The notes under the pieces are model-generated. The model worked only from the letters and a program-made list of their open reading frames with translations. It was not told the DNA's origin and made no database searches. Made by a program: the position numbers and the translations under genes. Shown one piece after another: positions 38,800-52,656 of a stretch of DNA of 64,000 nucleotides; the stretch's first letter is position 1; each line of letters starts with the position of its first letter. This DNA comes from Lama glama (Eukaryota): the NCBI GenBank assembly GCA_028534125.1, contig CM052818.1, forward strand, positions 16,432,001-16,496,000, in the 5' to 3' direction.

Positions 38800-39505
38800 A
38801 TAACTTGTATTATTAATCCCCCTCATCATGGATTGTACATCTACTACAATTCCTTGGTCAACTCACATTCCCACTTTTCCAAATGACTGCTTCACACCTT
38901 TTTCTCTCTCCTCTTACCTCCTATTAGTAACGACACGTTTTGCATTCTCTTCCCTGGAGAAATAGAAAGAACCAGAGGTCTGTACTTTATTTACTTTTTA
39001 ATTGGTGTCATTGCTTCCATTCTTGTCCACTACCAAATCTATTCTGTAAACAGAAACCAGAATGATGTTTCAGTATATAAATCAGATCATATCTCTCCCC
39101 TAATTGCCTTCCCATTGCACTTAGGATACAGTCCAAACTTCTCCCCAAAGTTTACAATGCCATGTAAGATCTTGCCCCAGAAAACCTATACAACCTAATC
39201 TCTTGTCTTTCTATCCCTTCCCACTGTATTCTAGGCACTCTGTGCTTTGAATTTCCCCAAATATATGAGCTTGTTCCCATGCCAGATACTTTAAACTTAC
39301 TGTCCCTTCTGTCTGGAATGAATTCTGCAGGGAAGACTTTCTGACACTAATCTAAAGTAGCCCAGCCAGCATCACTCTGTATTTCTCATACCTTGATGCG
39401 TTTTTTTTTTTTAACACTTATTACTGTATTGCTTCTTTTTCTTTTGGTAGCATATAAGACAGTTTCTGGCACAAAGAATTACCTTAATAAACATTTTTGA
39501 ATAAA
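38800..39505 (+). mobile_element. L2a-like 3' region
   Basis: aaccagaatgatgttt...taaatcagatcat...ccttcccattgcacttaggatacagtccaaact; ends aataaacatttttgaataaa. Confidence 0.75.
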
Positions 39506-39649
39506 CATATAAATCAATAAATTTCATAAAAGGATTAATACCAATGACAATTATCACAAAAGTCAAGAAGTTAAGGAGATGATGTAAATAACACCATTGA
39601 AGTAAAGGCCTTAGATAAATATAATTTGTCATTTTTAGTGGTTATTTGT

Positions 39650-39890
39650 AGCTGACTAGCTTAGTTGGACAGAGTGACCCAGATGAGAGGAAGGAAAAAA
39701 AAAAAACAATAACAACAACAACAAAAACTATAGCTTAGATCCTCATGTAGTTCAATTAGTTTTTCCCTACTTTGCAGATCCAGAATTTACATACCCTAGT
39801 CAGCCATTTTGTAATTATTTCCTCTTGTTCACATTTAGATGGAACAATACTAATCTGTTCCCAGTAATAGAAAACTGTTCCCAACTGGCT
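39650..39890 (+). mobile_element. Possible ancient tRNA-derived SINE relic (MamSINE1-like)
   Basis: A-box-like tagcttagttggacagag, then ccctagtcagccattttg and aatctgttcccagtaatagaaaac; highly diverged. Confidence 0.4.
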
Positions 39891-41280
39891 GGTCAGTAAT
39901 ATCATCATCATATCCTTATCTGCAAAGGGATAGTTTACAGGACTAAGAGAAGTTACAAGGTTTCACTTTATTTTTGACCTAACCAAACACGACTCCTTTT
40001 AGAATCCCATTTGAACAAAGGAGAGGGCTCTCCTTAGAGATAATCAGAAAGCAAACCACTTGGATCTCTATTGATTTCAGATAACTCAACTGCAATCAGG
40101 TTTTTTTTTTAACCTGTATTTTGGCATATCAGCTTCCTGCAGATGTTGATGAAATCATATAAAGTAATAAGAAAATCATAAGAGAGAAATCACATGATGT
40201 TCAAAGCTGTGAAGAGGTCTTCTTCAAGGTCACTAAAACTCAGGTGAAATTCCAGTTAGGTCTCTCTTGTTCTGTTTACCACAATGTTGGAAATTGAACT
40301 TGGCAGTTAGGAGACCTTTTGCCTTCTGAACAACTGTGGCTTGAATCCATTCTTCGTACAGAAAATAGTTAGAAAATATCTTCGATGCACGTAATTCAAG
40401 TTTGGAAATGGTTTCAGTTCCAAACAATTGTTTTTGAAAAGACCCTGTGTTCCAAATTACTGTAGTTTGTACATTCAGTGCTCAGCAATGGCAAATAAAT
40501 TGTAGACCTTTCTGTTTTACTTCAAATGTTACTATTCATCCCAATTTTGTTCACATTTACTGCAGTTTTTAACAGTCTACATGATTTCTGTTCATGGATT
40601 AATGAGAGCTTTTCTTTTTCCCCAAGAGAATGCTGTGTTGACTTTCTAAAGCTGTTTTTAAAAGCAAAAGGAAATGATAACATCTTTCAAATACATATAT
40701 AAATCACATCACTCATAATTGTAACTTCAAAACTGAATATCAGATATGATCTCATTTTAGTCTAGTGGGTACACAGTTAATGTTAGCCAGTGATATTTTT
40801 AGGAGATCTGAGGTGTGGCATTAATTATGTATATTGCTTTATACCTGTAGAAAATCAACCTGCCCTTCTGGAGCTAATAAGAAAATTAAATGTTAAATTC
40901 AGACTGCATTAAGAGGGCTTTTTCAGTTATGCTTGCCATCTTTTGCCTGAGAGTGTTCTATATTCAGTCCTGCTCATTTTCATGCAGATTGACATGTATT
41001 TTATGAGTCAGATTAAAAAAGAATGTTTGTTGAAACCCTACAGCTGCCAGTCTATATTATATAGTCAGGAGAAAGAAGGAGGAAAACTGCTGTCCTGTTA
41101 ACTGTGGAAATATCACCTAGTCCATCGCAAAGACAGGAAAAGGGTGTTATGTGCCAGCCACACAACAATAGTGGTTTCCTGGCAGGGAAGGTGGAAATTT
41201 TCACTGGTTTTTCATGTATATGTGTTTCATATATGACTTTTTATTTTTCTTGTTGGTATTCATTTTGGGAAGAATGAAAA

Positions 41281-41492
41281 GCAGTAGTGTGTAGAAGTTA
41301 AGAGTTTAGTTTCTGAATGTGGGTATTTTGTGTTCACATACCATCTGCTGTTCACCAGCTGTGTAAACTTGGGGAGTTCACTCAATTTTTCTAGATCTCA
41401 GTTGGCTCATTTATAAAATAAGGTTGATAAAAGATTACATTAATAAGTACTTAGAAAGCAAAGAATAAGCACTAATAAATATTAGCCATTAC
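41281..41492 (+). mobile_element. MIR SINE
   Basis: ccagctgtgtaaacttggggagttcactcaat...ctcagttggctcatttataaaat...aataaatattagccatta. Confidence 0.8.
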
Positions 41493-42594
41493 TTTTATAA
41501 ATGTTTTGAGGAGTGATTGGCTCAAGTTAATTTGTACTAAAGTCAGTCACCGTTTGTGAGCTTTCATGCTCACCTAATCTGCATTCTTCTTCCTAACAGT
41601 TTATCTAGTATGCCTACTGGGACAAAATCAGTTCCTATGTCATCTCTGCTCCTGTGGAAAAAAATATCAGATGGGTTGGGCCCAAACCTCTCTGTAGATT
41701 AGTACTCCCATAGCAGTCTGGATCAGTGATATTTCTTAATTAGACTTTTAGAATAATCTTGTGTTAGTTAAAATGATATAGATCTTGATAATTCATAAGC
41801 TCTAATTAAAAATCTCTGCAAATAGTATGCTTACTGACTGAAAACAGTAATTAGAAAAGAACAAAATATTAAGGAAAGCATATTTTTCCAAGGAGCAAGT
41901 AAAATACATCAGTGAAAAGACTTCAACAATATAAATATGTTTATAAATTCATAGAAAAGATGTTTGAAGTTTATACATCAAGTTAATATTAGTGATCACC
42001 TCTGGAAAGGATATGGAGATTTGGGATGGTAGTCAAAAAGTACTTTATTCTTACCTGCGTGGTTTATTTTTTTAAACATGCATTTTTTTGTGTAATTAAT
42101 TACTTTGCCTGTCTCAAAAGTAATTTGAAGTAGCTTATCAAATAATGACACTGACAAAACTTAAGGGGAAAAAAATCAGCCTTAAGAAATATAGAAATAA
42201 TAATAGTCATGAGTTTCTCAGCAACTATTACAAAAACAGAAAAAACTTTGGTTAGGTGAGTTACATTTGTTTTGTAAAAGAATGTTTACAAGTTTGTTAA
42301 ATATTATACTAGCGTAGATTTCATAAGTTTCAAGGGACAGTTTATCATGTAGGTTCTGCTTCCTCACAGATTTTATGTTTTCAACATACTCTTCTAAAAC
42401 ACAGATATATTACAATAAGAATGTTGTTTTCAGTGATCCTTTATAAAGCTGACAAATTAAATAGAATTAAAAATAATATAAGTAAAATTGCAATCATTTA
42501 TGAATACTATTATTACTTTAGCTTTATATATGAAAAAACTGAAGCATAGAGATTTTAAGTTACCCAAGATCAAACAGCTAGTAATTGATGGAGC

Positions 42595-43013
42595 TGTAGA
42601 AATAAACAAGGACCACACAGATGAAAATAAATGGAGGCTATTCATTCAGATTTTGCCATAGGAAGAAATTCAGCTGCCATTACTTGTGTTTGGTAGGCTC
42701 AAAAGCAAACAGGAGAGTGAGAAGTATTTATTGTGGAAAAAAGGGATTAGGCATGCTCTGATCGGTGCTGGTATGGGGAAGCTGGATGTAGGCTAACTGG
42801 TAGAAAGGCATCATATATGACTAGTTTAGGAAGCATATTTGGCTGTCTCTCTTGGTCATTAGTTGAAAGCAGGGGTTATGGTTTGGCTTCCTAAACGGAT
42901 TACTGCAGAAGTTATGGTTTCACTTCCCGAGCTGTTGCTGCAGAGATCGTGTGTCAACAGTTTTATTTTCGTATGTCGTCAAGCAATTATCAATTTATAT
43001 GTTCAGTTTCTCA
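42595..43013 (-). mobile_element. ERV1-type solo LTR (MER89/MER90-like) inserted in a minus-strand MIR
   Basis: tg...ca termini; ggtttggcttcc, gttgctgcagag, terminal ttcagtttctca; MIR halves at ~42490-42594 and ~43014-43050. Confidence 0.6.
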
Positions 43014-43136
43014 GAATCAAGACTAAAACCCAGGTTCTGTGATCCTAGATTAGCCACACTCTTAAATAAAATCCATTGTAAACTTTTTCCTGGTGAGTGT
43101 AATTAAATCAATTCTTGCTTATTGTTGATGTATGTT

Positions 43137-43271
43137 AGTGGTTCTTAAAGAGAAGTCTAGAAACAACATCAGTATTACCTGACTTGTTAGAAATGCAAAT
43201 TGTTGGGTCCTATTCCAGACCTACTGAATCAGAGAGTGATTTTGATGTCCACTACACTTTTAGAACCACAG
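43137..43271. mobile_element. MER5A-like hAT-Charlie MITE
   Basis: tagtggttct ... agaaccacag termini; cttgttagaaatgcaaatt...ccagacctactgaatcaga. Confidence 0.85.
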
Positions 43272-45269
43272 GTGTGGTTACCACATTGCCTTAAAATTAA
43301 ACACAAGATAACTGAGCTTTATGCAAATTATTTTCTGGTTTAAAAAAATTATGATTGTAGATTTCTACAGAAAGCACAAAGGAACAAAACAGTATTGCAT
43401 GACTGTGTTTTTTTTTAATGTGACATCCATCACCCCCAACTCTCTTAACTAACATAGTCTTGTCACACTTTTTGAGGTTGTTTGACAATATTAGTGGGTA
43501 GTAGAAACAGAAGTGGAAACTATGTCTACAGTTGTGATATCCATTTTAAAAAAGATGAGCATTTAGGTTGTATAGCTAAAAATCAAGCCCTATAACTAAA
43601 TCTCAAGTGATTGACCCAAAGAGTATTTTTACTTGTCATGTCCAGAGAAGCATAAAAAAAATTGACCAAAGCAGAAATTTTATATCCACTCCCTTAATGC
43701 CTTGCATTTTATATGATCCAAATGATTTTAACAAGAATCTTATCTTGATAATGTCATTGCTCCTGGCAGAGAAACTTGTTCGTCCTTTAATGCCTCCCCT
43801 TGGTCTGGATAAAGATGATGCAATTAATCTGAAGAGTTTTATTAATCCATTTCCTCCAGCATATCCCTCAATTCATTACAGGTTGGTGCTCTTTGAACAG
43901 TTATCTATAAAATTTCACAAATATTTCACTTTTTGTCTACAATGCTCCATGAATGGCTTAAACTCAAATGAGATAAATATATATTAATGTGGAATAAAAT
44001 TTGATAATCTAGTAGTTCTGAATAACCATCATTATTGTAGCAGAAGCTTCAAATGAACTAACACTTAGAGCCACTTTGACATGGAAGCTGTGATAGATCT
44101 GAAATCTTTTTCCTATAAAAATCAATAGGATTTTTAATCGAAGTTTCTTTTTCTATTTTAGTGAAAAAAACATGTGTTTGTAATGTTATCTAAATAACTT
44201 GACATATAGTGAAACTCTATTAATATCAAAAGACAAAATAGAAAATTAAAAAATTTTTGCTTTCAAGTGAGTGAAATGACAGGATCCATGTGGAATATGC
44301 CTACTCAGCATCTTACTAGCTGTAGATATGCTGAAAGTTTTTTCATTTCACACATTCAACAAAACAATATGACTACCATTGAAACTTTTAGTATTTTCCC
44401 TGAAATAATCAATTTAAGTAAAATGAATGCTAAGTCTGCTCTGTTGAGATCTTATTTAATTAGGTGTCAGTAAATCTGAGTGATAGTATTGTCTTATTGT
44501 TGAATAAGTTGTACAATCATAAATAATGACTGCATCTTTATTTTTTTTAAAGTCAAACACTTTAAAGTGGCACTATTGATAGAAGCTCATGCATGATTTT
44601 GTGATGGATGAGTCCAAAGAATATGTTATATCTTCTACGATCCAGTTTTTTAAAGTTTTAAAAAGGAAGTCATCTCCTGATACATTTCAAATGACTTAAG
44701 GAGGTGAATTTTCTTTTAGGTTCTTTTCTCCCAAATTTTACCAGATTTTGAAGGAATTTATAGAACTTTAATTTTAAAAAAACAAAGCAAAAACAAATGA
44801 TAAGACAGCCCATAGATTAGTTTCAATTTGTCTATAATCTGTTTAGACTAAACCATTTCCCTTACAACAAATTTTACATGTAATTGTCAAGTCAGGATAA
44901 CTCTATTTCCGTTTAAACTTTAATTCCACTGATATTACTAGTGTAGGTGTATTGTTGTTGAAATTTACTTACATTTCAGGAGAAATTAATTACTTTCAAC
45001 CTGCTTTAGGATATTCATATGAAATCAATATCTCTTAAATACTGACAGCACATGAGAATCTCTTGAGAACATTCTAAATGTAGTATTTGTTGGCCTTCAT
45101 ACTCAGATACTAACTTATTCTAGGTAGTGTTCTGGGTTCAGAATTTAAAACAATAAGAAAACAAAAAAACCCAGTAATTGTTATGATAATAGGATAGGTC
45201 TGAGATTCACCTTTCATAGGTGACTGCCTTTTTGGCCATCACTTATTGGAAGTGTCAAAGAAAGCTGTA

Positions 45270-46490
45270 ACCCACCAAGTCCTGTACTAAATTTGTGATC
45301 CTCCTTATAAACCTAGTCTAAGTTCTTCCTACAGACAGCACTACCATCCAGGCAGTAATATCATTCTGAATCCACAAACTCAACCTTAGCAAATCCTTCT
45401 CCACCACCATCTAGTTTTAAGTGTTATAAATTTTTTTCTCTTTCCATTTTTCTCCACCTTTATCATTATTACTATCAATAGAGGTGCTCATTACCTCTAT
45501 TCCAAAAATACCTTTATAACTTAACTTTCTGCACTCACTCTGGCTGTTCTCCTATACATACTCTGCCTCTTAACCAGTGTGAGCTTCCCTCATCATAAAT
45601 TCAAAATCTGAACCATTTACTTAAAATTCTTTCCTGGCCTAAAAGACTGTAGTATCGTTGGGCCTTACTTTTCTATCCAGTCTGTCTACACTATGCTCTG
45701 TTGACGTGCCACCCTACCTTAAGTTCTTTTTACTAATCTCCGTTCTCTCACCAGAGGTCTTCACACTTGGTATTCCTCTGCTTGAGACTTTTTCTTTTTA
45801 TCCTTTTCATTTAACTCCTATCCATTTTATTTATTGAAGTATAGTCAGTTTATAATGTTGTGTTAATTTCTGGTGTACAGCATGGAGATTCAGATTATAT
45901 ATAGATATATATTCCTTTTCACATTCTTTTTCATTATAGGCTATTACAAAATATTGAATATAGTTTCCTGTGCTATTCAGGAGTACCTTGTTGTTTATCT
46001 ATTTTATATATAGTAGTTAGTATCTACAAATCCCAAATTCCCAGTTTATCCCTGCCCCCTCCCCTTTCCCTCCTGGTAACCGTAAGTTTGTTTTCTGTGT
46101 CTGTGAGTCTGTTTCTGTTCTGTAAATAAGATTATTTGTATCATTTTTTTAGATTCCACATATAAGTGATATCATATATTTTACTTTCTCTTTCTGGCTT
46201 GCTTCACTCTTTAAATAGTAACTCAACTTTCATTTCCTCAGGGAAGCTTTCTTTGATTTTAGTGATTACTGTAACTCTACTATAGACCCATATATGAATT
46301 CACCTTTACCTTTAACCCTTTCCATAACCACACTTTTATTTTTGTTTAAGTAATTATTTATCTATCTCCCTATGAAACTATAATCTCAAGAATAATGGGA
46401 ACTATGTGTTTTATATTATTTCCTAGCATTGTATCACTAATATAAGCAAATGCCTGACACATAGTATATGTTTTGAATGAAATGAGTCAA
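45270..46490 (+). mobile_element. L2 relic interrupted by L1
   Basis: Pyrimidine-rich L2 body; ends tgcctgacacatagtatatgttttgaatgaa. Confidence 0.55.
45825..46208 (-). mobile_element. Cetartiodactyl-type L1 3'UTR, 5'-truncated
   Basis: ttattgaagtatagtcagtttataatgttgtgttaatttctggtgtacagc...tttagattccacatataagtgatatcata. Confidence 0.88.
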
Positions 46491-46819
46491 TTGATAAATG
46501 TATGACAAAATTTATTTATGCTAACATATGTACAAATTGATCTTCCCAATTGAAAGTCATAGAATCAAGCTGTCCAAAATAAATAGGCCAAAAAAGGAAA
46601 ATTGAAGGGAAAAGTAACAAATATGCAATAATTTAAATTATACTTCCAAGACATTTTTTTTAAGAAAACATGTTCCGCTCCCAAAGACATTTTTAAACAT
46701 GAGAAAATTATTGTTAGTTTAGGTGAATGAAGCAGAAAACAGAATCTTAATGTGAAAAATTTAAAAAGTATACAAATATTACCAGAAAGAAGTAAACTAA
46801 AAGGCTAGCAGAAATTGCA

Positions 46820-47130
46820 TTTGGTCTGACACGCTACAACATGGATAATTGTTGAGGACCTTATGCTAACTGAAATAAGCCAGTTACAAAAAGACAAATA
46901 CTATATGTTTTTACTTATGTGAGATACCTAGAGGTGTCAGATTTACACAGACAAAAAGAATGGTGGTCACCAGGGGCTTGGGTAGGGAGAATGGGAAATC
47001 ATTATTAATGAGTAGAGAGCTTAGGTTTTGCAGGAGTTCTAGGGGTGGTTGTACCTATCATTACTGAGTGCTACACTTAAAAGTGATTAAGATGGTAAAT
47101 TTCACATTGTGTGTATTTTATCAACTTTTT
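46820..47130 (+). mobile_element. L1MB3-like 3' end
   Basis: gctacaacatggat...ttatgctaactgaaataagccagttacaaaaagacaaatact...ttaagatggtaaattt. Confidence 0.8.
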
Positions 47131-47749
47131 TGCATGTTGTTGATAGAATTACTGTTTTACTCATTTTTCTTTTAGTATAAGAAAAAAATAATTAAAAATT
47201 TTTAAAAAGAACAAAAAGGCAAAGGCAGGGACCACATCTGTGATACATGTGTATTCTTAGTTACTAGAAAGGACTTTACAAATTGTAGGAATACAATACA
47301 TATTTGATGAATAAAAAGAAGTGTAGATAGGGAGTAAAGGTCTGATTATTAAGTGGTTAGAAGTGCAAGTGAAATTCCCTCTATGTTTGTCCCTAGAGCT
47401 ATCATTTAAAAGTATGTAATTGTAAGGATAAATTACTCGGACCAAGTAATTCCCTCTGACTTAGACAGTTATTCCTACAGAAATGACCTGCAGGGAAATA
47501 ATCTTCTCAATTGATATTTCCTCCGTTTGGAGCTTTGGTAAAGTATTGCCAGCCATGGATTTTTTTTTCAGTTTTCAGTTTTATTAGGTAGAATTATTAC
47601 AGTTTGACTGCATATTTACAACATATTGCGTGTAAATATATATACACAATATACTGCATGTAGTTTTAAAAATTTACATATATGTGCTGTTAATTGTTTC
47701 TAAGAACATTTAGGGCTTTAGCTTTTTAAACTTACATAGTTATCAAAGG

Positions 47750-47885
47750 AATAAAGCCAACCACAAAATAGAAATTAATTCAAAAAGATACATACACCCC
47801 ACTATTAACAGCAACATTCTTTATAATTGCCAAGATATGGAAGCACCCTAAGTGCACATCAGTAGATAAATGGCTAAAGAAGATT
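47750..47885 (+). mobile_element. L1 ORF2 C-terminal fragment
   Basis: aaaagatacatacacccc...tttataattgccaagatatggaagcaccctaagtg...gataaatggctaaagaag. Confidence 0.75.
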
Positions 47886-50800
47886 ACCAGCCCTGGATTT
47901 TAAATTTCCAAATATTTCTGTGTCAATTAAATAATATGTTTCAAATATAAAGCTTACAATGAAGTCAAGTTGATTATAGATAACTGAAAGATAATATATA
48001 CAATTGCAGGGAAAATATATGTTATTTCATGCCTGAACACTCTGGAATTTGTTAAAATACTAGACCACAGTCCAGAAAAGTAAGTTCCTAAATGTACTAT
48101 TCTGTGGTTTAGAAATTTGCTCTTGATGAAACCCAGCTGAAAAACCAGTGTTTAAAATCACCTCTAGCAAATGTCTTTGCTAGAAGACTGTCATCATCCT
48201 TGTGTTGCAGGAGTACATGTAAAAGAAATGGAAGTAGTTAATTTTTGCAAAAGGCAGAGGTCTTTTAACAGGACTTCTTTTTTTAAGCCTGAAAGAAAAA
48301 AAGGGGAAGCTTAAATAATGGAATGAATTTCCAATTCATCAAGAACTATGTTTTAAAAATTAAATATTATACCCCTAAAATATATCAAATTACCTTGTAC
48401 AGTATGGAGGCTGTACAGTTCAATTCCCTGTAAGCGGATGGTTGCAGCATCACATTCTTTCTTTGCATAGGAAAATATATGGGATTCCTACAACGTTGAT
48501 TTGAGGTGAAAATCTCAGAAATTTTCTGAATGCAAGGAAAACCATCATTCATTCCTAAAAACTACTGGGGGATAAATAAACTGAAAGATCTACTCATGAG
48601 CTAAGAGTGAATTTGAACTGAAACAATAATTAGTGGTTTTGATTTGTGGCAGCCAGGTATCAAATATAAGAAAGTATTTCAACTCTGTGTATTATACAGG
48701 GAAAATTTCGACTATGTGGGAAATTTGCATGACAATAAATATTTAAAATTGATAGTCTCCATAAATAAATAATTTAATTTGAAGTTGCCCAGTAGAAATT
48801 AATTGAGAAAGACAGACAGAAGTCAGTAAGCAAATCTGTCAAGGATCTCAAGGGTTATTTTGAAGATTCCACTGGGAACTCAAGAAATTGAAATTTCTTC
48901 TCCACTGGGTGGTACAGGGTTCTAGACAGTTGTCAGGCCCCCATATATGTTTTAATCTCATTTGATAAGACAATGAGAGGGTGACCCTTATCTTAGGCAA
49001 TATCTTCATTCATTGAGCTTCTTACTATTCTAGGAACTAGTTACTAAGATTGTCTTTAGGGAGATCACTGGCTAGCAGAGAAGGGAGACCAAACAACAAC
49101 TAATTGCAATATTGATATTCATAATTACAAAAAGGAATTGGAAAAGACTAAGTGTCAGGAGAAAACTTTTGAATCTCTTTTTTTGTTAGAAGATCGATTC
49201 ATTTGTGTTTTCATATTTATTGTAATGGCAGGTCCATTTCAAGAGAGATACTTATGATTTAAATATTGCATCTCTTTCAGACACTCCTGTTGAAAGTTTT
49301 GTAACTCACTGATTGTTTACCTGTATTATCACTGTCCTTGCTGGAACTCTGGTCTGAAACAGAAAAAAATCCTGTTTTTTTTCTCTTCTTTTCATCCATG
49401 CATTCAGTGACCAAGCTCTCCATGGTTTTCATACACAAAATCCCTTTGCTTCAATAACTACTATCACACCAAGTAAATTACTCCAGTGGACTCATAACTA
49501 GTTTCTCCCTCCTTCCTATCACTGTTCTTTGAAGTTATATGTATATATATATAGTGGTTACATCAGCAGACATTAACCCAATAAGTTAATGTCTTCACTT
49601 GTCTTGTGAGGAATGCAATTGTTTCCTCAGTTTAAATTTAATGAGAGTTTAGCATTATATGAAAAGTAGAAACTTTGGAAAACAATTGAGCAGCTTATTT
49701 AATAGCTTTGAAAATGCTTGTGCTTATAAAATTTAATTAATGTGATTTACAATTAATATGAAAATGCATGAGGTAATAAATTGTTTTATTTTACAGATTT
49801 GGGGTCTTATTTGGATAGTTTTTGAGGCAACTGAGTGTAGCAATAAAGCAATTTAATTTCAGCTCAGTTTTCAAAGTGCCTATTTTATATACAGGGAAAA
49901 ATAATTGCAATGCCAAATGAAACTACCTAATCAATATTTCTTGTTTGGACTATTCATTGAAAGTATGGTTTGTTTAGTGCTTATGATATTATATTGTAAG
50001 TGGAACATAAATGCTTAATACATGCTTGCTGAATTAATGTAGAAGATGGTGAAGCTGAGGTGGAGAGAGAAGTTTTTCATATAGAAATTGTCAGTAAATA
50101 CAGTTTATAGCTAAATGAAATATTTTGAAACAGATTATTTTGTTAAGAAACAATTAATGAGGTTTATATCTGTACCAGTTAATGAGGTTGGTCTCTATTC
50201 AAACTGAAATAGATAGCAATGTAATGCTAAGGGCAAAGCAAATAGTGCTTAAGACGCTGCAGATTACTGCTAATTCTGTCTAAGAAACATCCAACCTCTT
50301 CAACAGTAGCCCTCTAGCAGGAACTTTTAAATGCGTGATTAGATTACCCTCCCTGTGATCTTGGTTTCTAAATGTCTAAATAGCAGTAATAAAATAATCA
50401 TGGGCTTGGAACTCCATCCAGTCATTCTATTTGACCATAATAATGTACCATGGAAGTTCATTGTGTGTGGTGACTGAATGCAATGCTAAGAATTACAGTC
50501 AAACCTGTATTTATTGGAATGGAATGTGGAGGGAATTAGCTGGTCATTGGAAAAGTGGAGTTTAAACGGAAATCACAGTAGTGGTGCTGATGGCATTCCC
50601 AGAGCTGAACTTAAAACTGGTGTTTAGTTAGAAACATCATAGCCCTGGGATTCAGTGTTTGCTGATCAGTTTCTAACTGACATAGTTCTTTCTAACTTCT
50701 TTTTAATATACATTTTTCTTGTGTTCAAGATTTAAAGTCAAAGGATTGAAGATTTTGAACAGAAATTTTAAAATATAAATAGTATCTTAGGTATTCCTTT

Positions 50801-52535
50801 TTTATGTGACAGTTTTTCCCATTTAACCTGATTTGTGTATTATGAAACTCCAGACTGAGAAATGGGGAGGCTGTGTGTAGAGAACTTTCATGTGTGTTTG
50901 TGTGTGCCTATCTTCTGGTTTTGTATGTGCTTTTTAAAATTGTATTGTTATTTTATTATTAAGGAATCCACTTCTATGACTGTCATGAGGCCCAGGCTAG
51001 GTTAAAAGTGACGAGTTCAGGAGGTAACTACACCCCACTGTAGACTTTCTGGTTATAACCACTACCCTCTGTCTCTACTTCAGCTGGAAACCCAGAATTA
51101 TGAGACCTCAATCCCTGCCATCCTATTCCTAGAAGATCCCAAAGACATCTGTTTTATGAAAGAAAGATTCTTTATTCTTAGAGTAAGGATCTCATTTAAG
51201 GTTCAGAGTTATGAATAAATTTGCTAATTCAGTTTGTTAATATGATTCTCTCAATGAATAAGAAAGATACTTTTCATTAAATTGATTGAAGAGATACAAA
51301 GATGTAATAGTTATAAGAAACGGCTGAAATCAAAATTATTTTATTGAAATCAAATCATATATCATATGCTTTCCTTTATTTTGGAGTATCACACAAACCC
51401 TCCTCCCACTCCCTTTGGGAAAAAAATTTTAACCAATAAAATTTAGAAAATTAAAATTTTAATAATTTTTTAAGTTTTTAATAAATTGAAATAATTTTTG
51501 CATTTTCAAGCATCTGAGGAATTTAATCATATTCAAATCTCTCTTTCATCATTTTTAACACCATGTTTGACTTGCTGCATTTTTATATCTGAAGAGATTT
51601 TGCTGTTGACAATTTACATGTCCCTAATGGTTAAAAAGCATTTTCAAAACAGGTTTACATTTCAACTTCCAAAAGAAGATGGGAATTTATCCTACATGGT
51701 ATGTTACTCTCAAATCTGCCACAGATCGTCCTGCTGCAGGTATCTTCAATACACTCAAAATCCATCTTTCTTGAGTCAGAAACTCCTGTCAGCTTACTCT
51801 GATTAACAGTTTTGGTGTCAAAATCTCCTGTAACCATGAGGTAGGTATCAAACTACTCTTCAGTTTTCATCCTTATCTCTGTGCCCCTCAGAAACTAAAT
51901 TAGTCTATCACTGTATCACTTTCAATTTACTCACATAAAATTAGTATTTTTTCTATCAAGCATAGATTTCTCCCTTCAGAGTTTTCAGAATCTGATCAAA
52001 GATTGATACTTAGAAGGTTAATGCAAATAATCACTACTAATTTGAAAAGAAGTCATGTACTAGAGCTATATGATGCTTCTCCTTTACGGTTATATTCAGC
52101 TTCCTTTGATATCAGACAAGAATACATATTTCAATGTGTTTTTGACCAACTGGCAATTCTTGCTGCTGGGAATGCTCCATAGCCCATACCTATATATTTT
52201 TTTCCTCTTTTACTTTTGGGTGGCTGCTCCAATTATATCTCCTCAGTCACTCAAGGCATGTAGAGTAGACCCTTACTTCTGCCCCATCTTTATATAAAAT
52301 ATCCCAATTGATCTATTATTTAGAACAAGGAACAGATCTGTGTATGGCCTATCACATATAATCCAGATACTAATATCATACCTCAAAAGATAGTCTCCAT
52401 GACCTTCTCCACTTGGAAATAGATCTGGGTTTGCAGGAAACTATGAGTCAATATTACAGCTGAGTTAAAAACTAGAAGACATCTTTTCTTAGTATTTTCT
52501 GAGCCAAGGTCATTACCATTAGAAAATGGAAATAA

Positions 52536-52651
52536 GGGGGGAGGGTATAGCTCAAGTGGTAGAGTGCATGCTTAGCATGCACAAGGTCCTGGATTCAAAC
52601 CCCAGTACCTCCTCTAAAAAAATAAATGAGTCTAATTACCTCCCCCCAAAA
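52536..52651 (+). mobile_element. Camelid tRNA-Ala-derived SINE (Vic-1-like) abutting the gap
   Basis: ggggggagggtatagctcaagtggtagagtgcatgcttagcatgcacaaggtcctggattcaaaccccagtacctcc...ctaattacctcccccc. Confidence 0.92.
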
Positions 52652-52656
52652 TTTTT

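Noticed and set aside
49568..49594. Perfect 10-bp hairpin AGACATTAAC/GTTAATGTCT
   Set aside because: Stems this short are plausible by chance in 64 kb of AT-rich DNA and too short for a pre-miRNA
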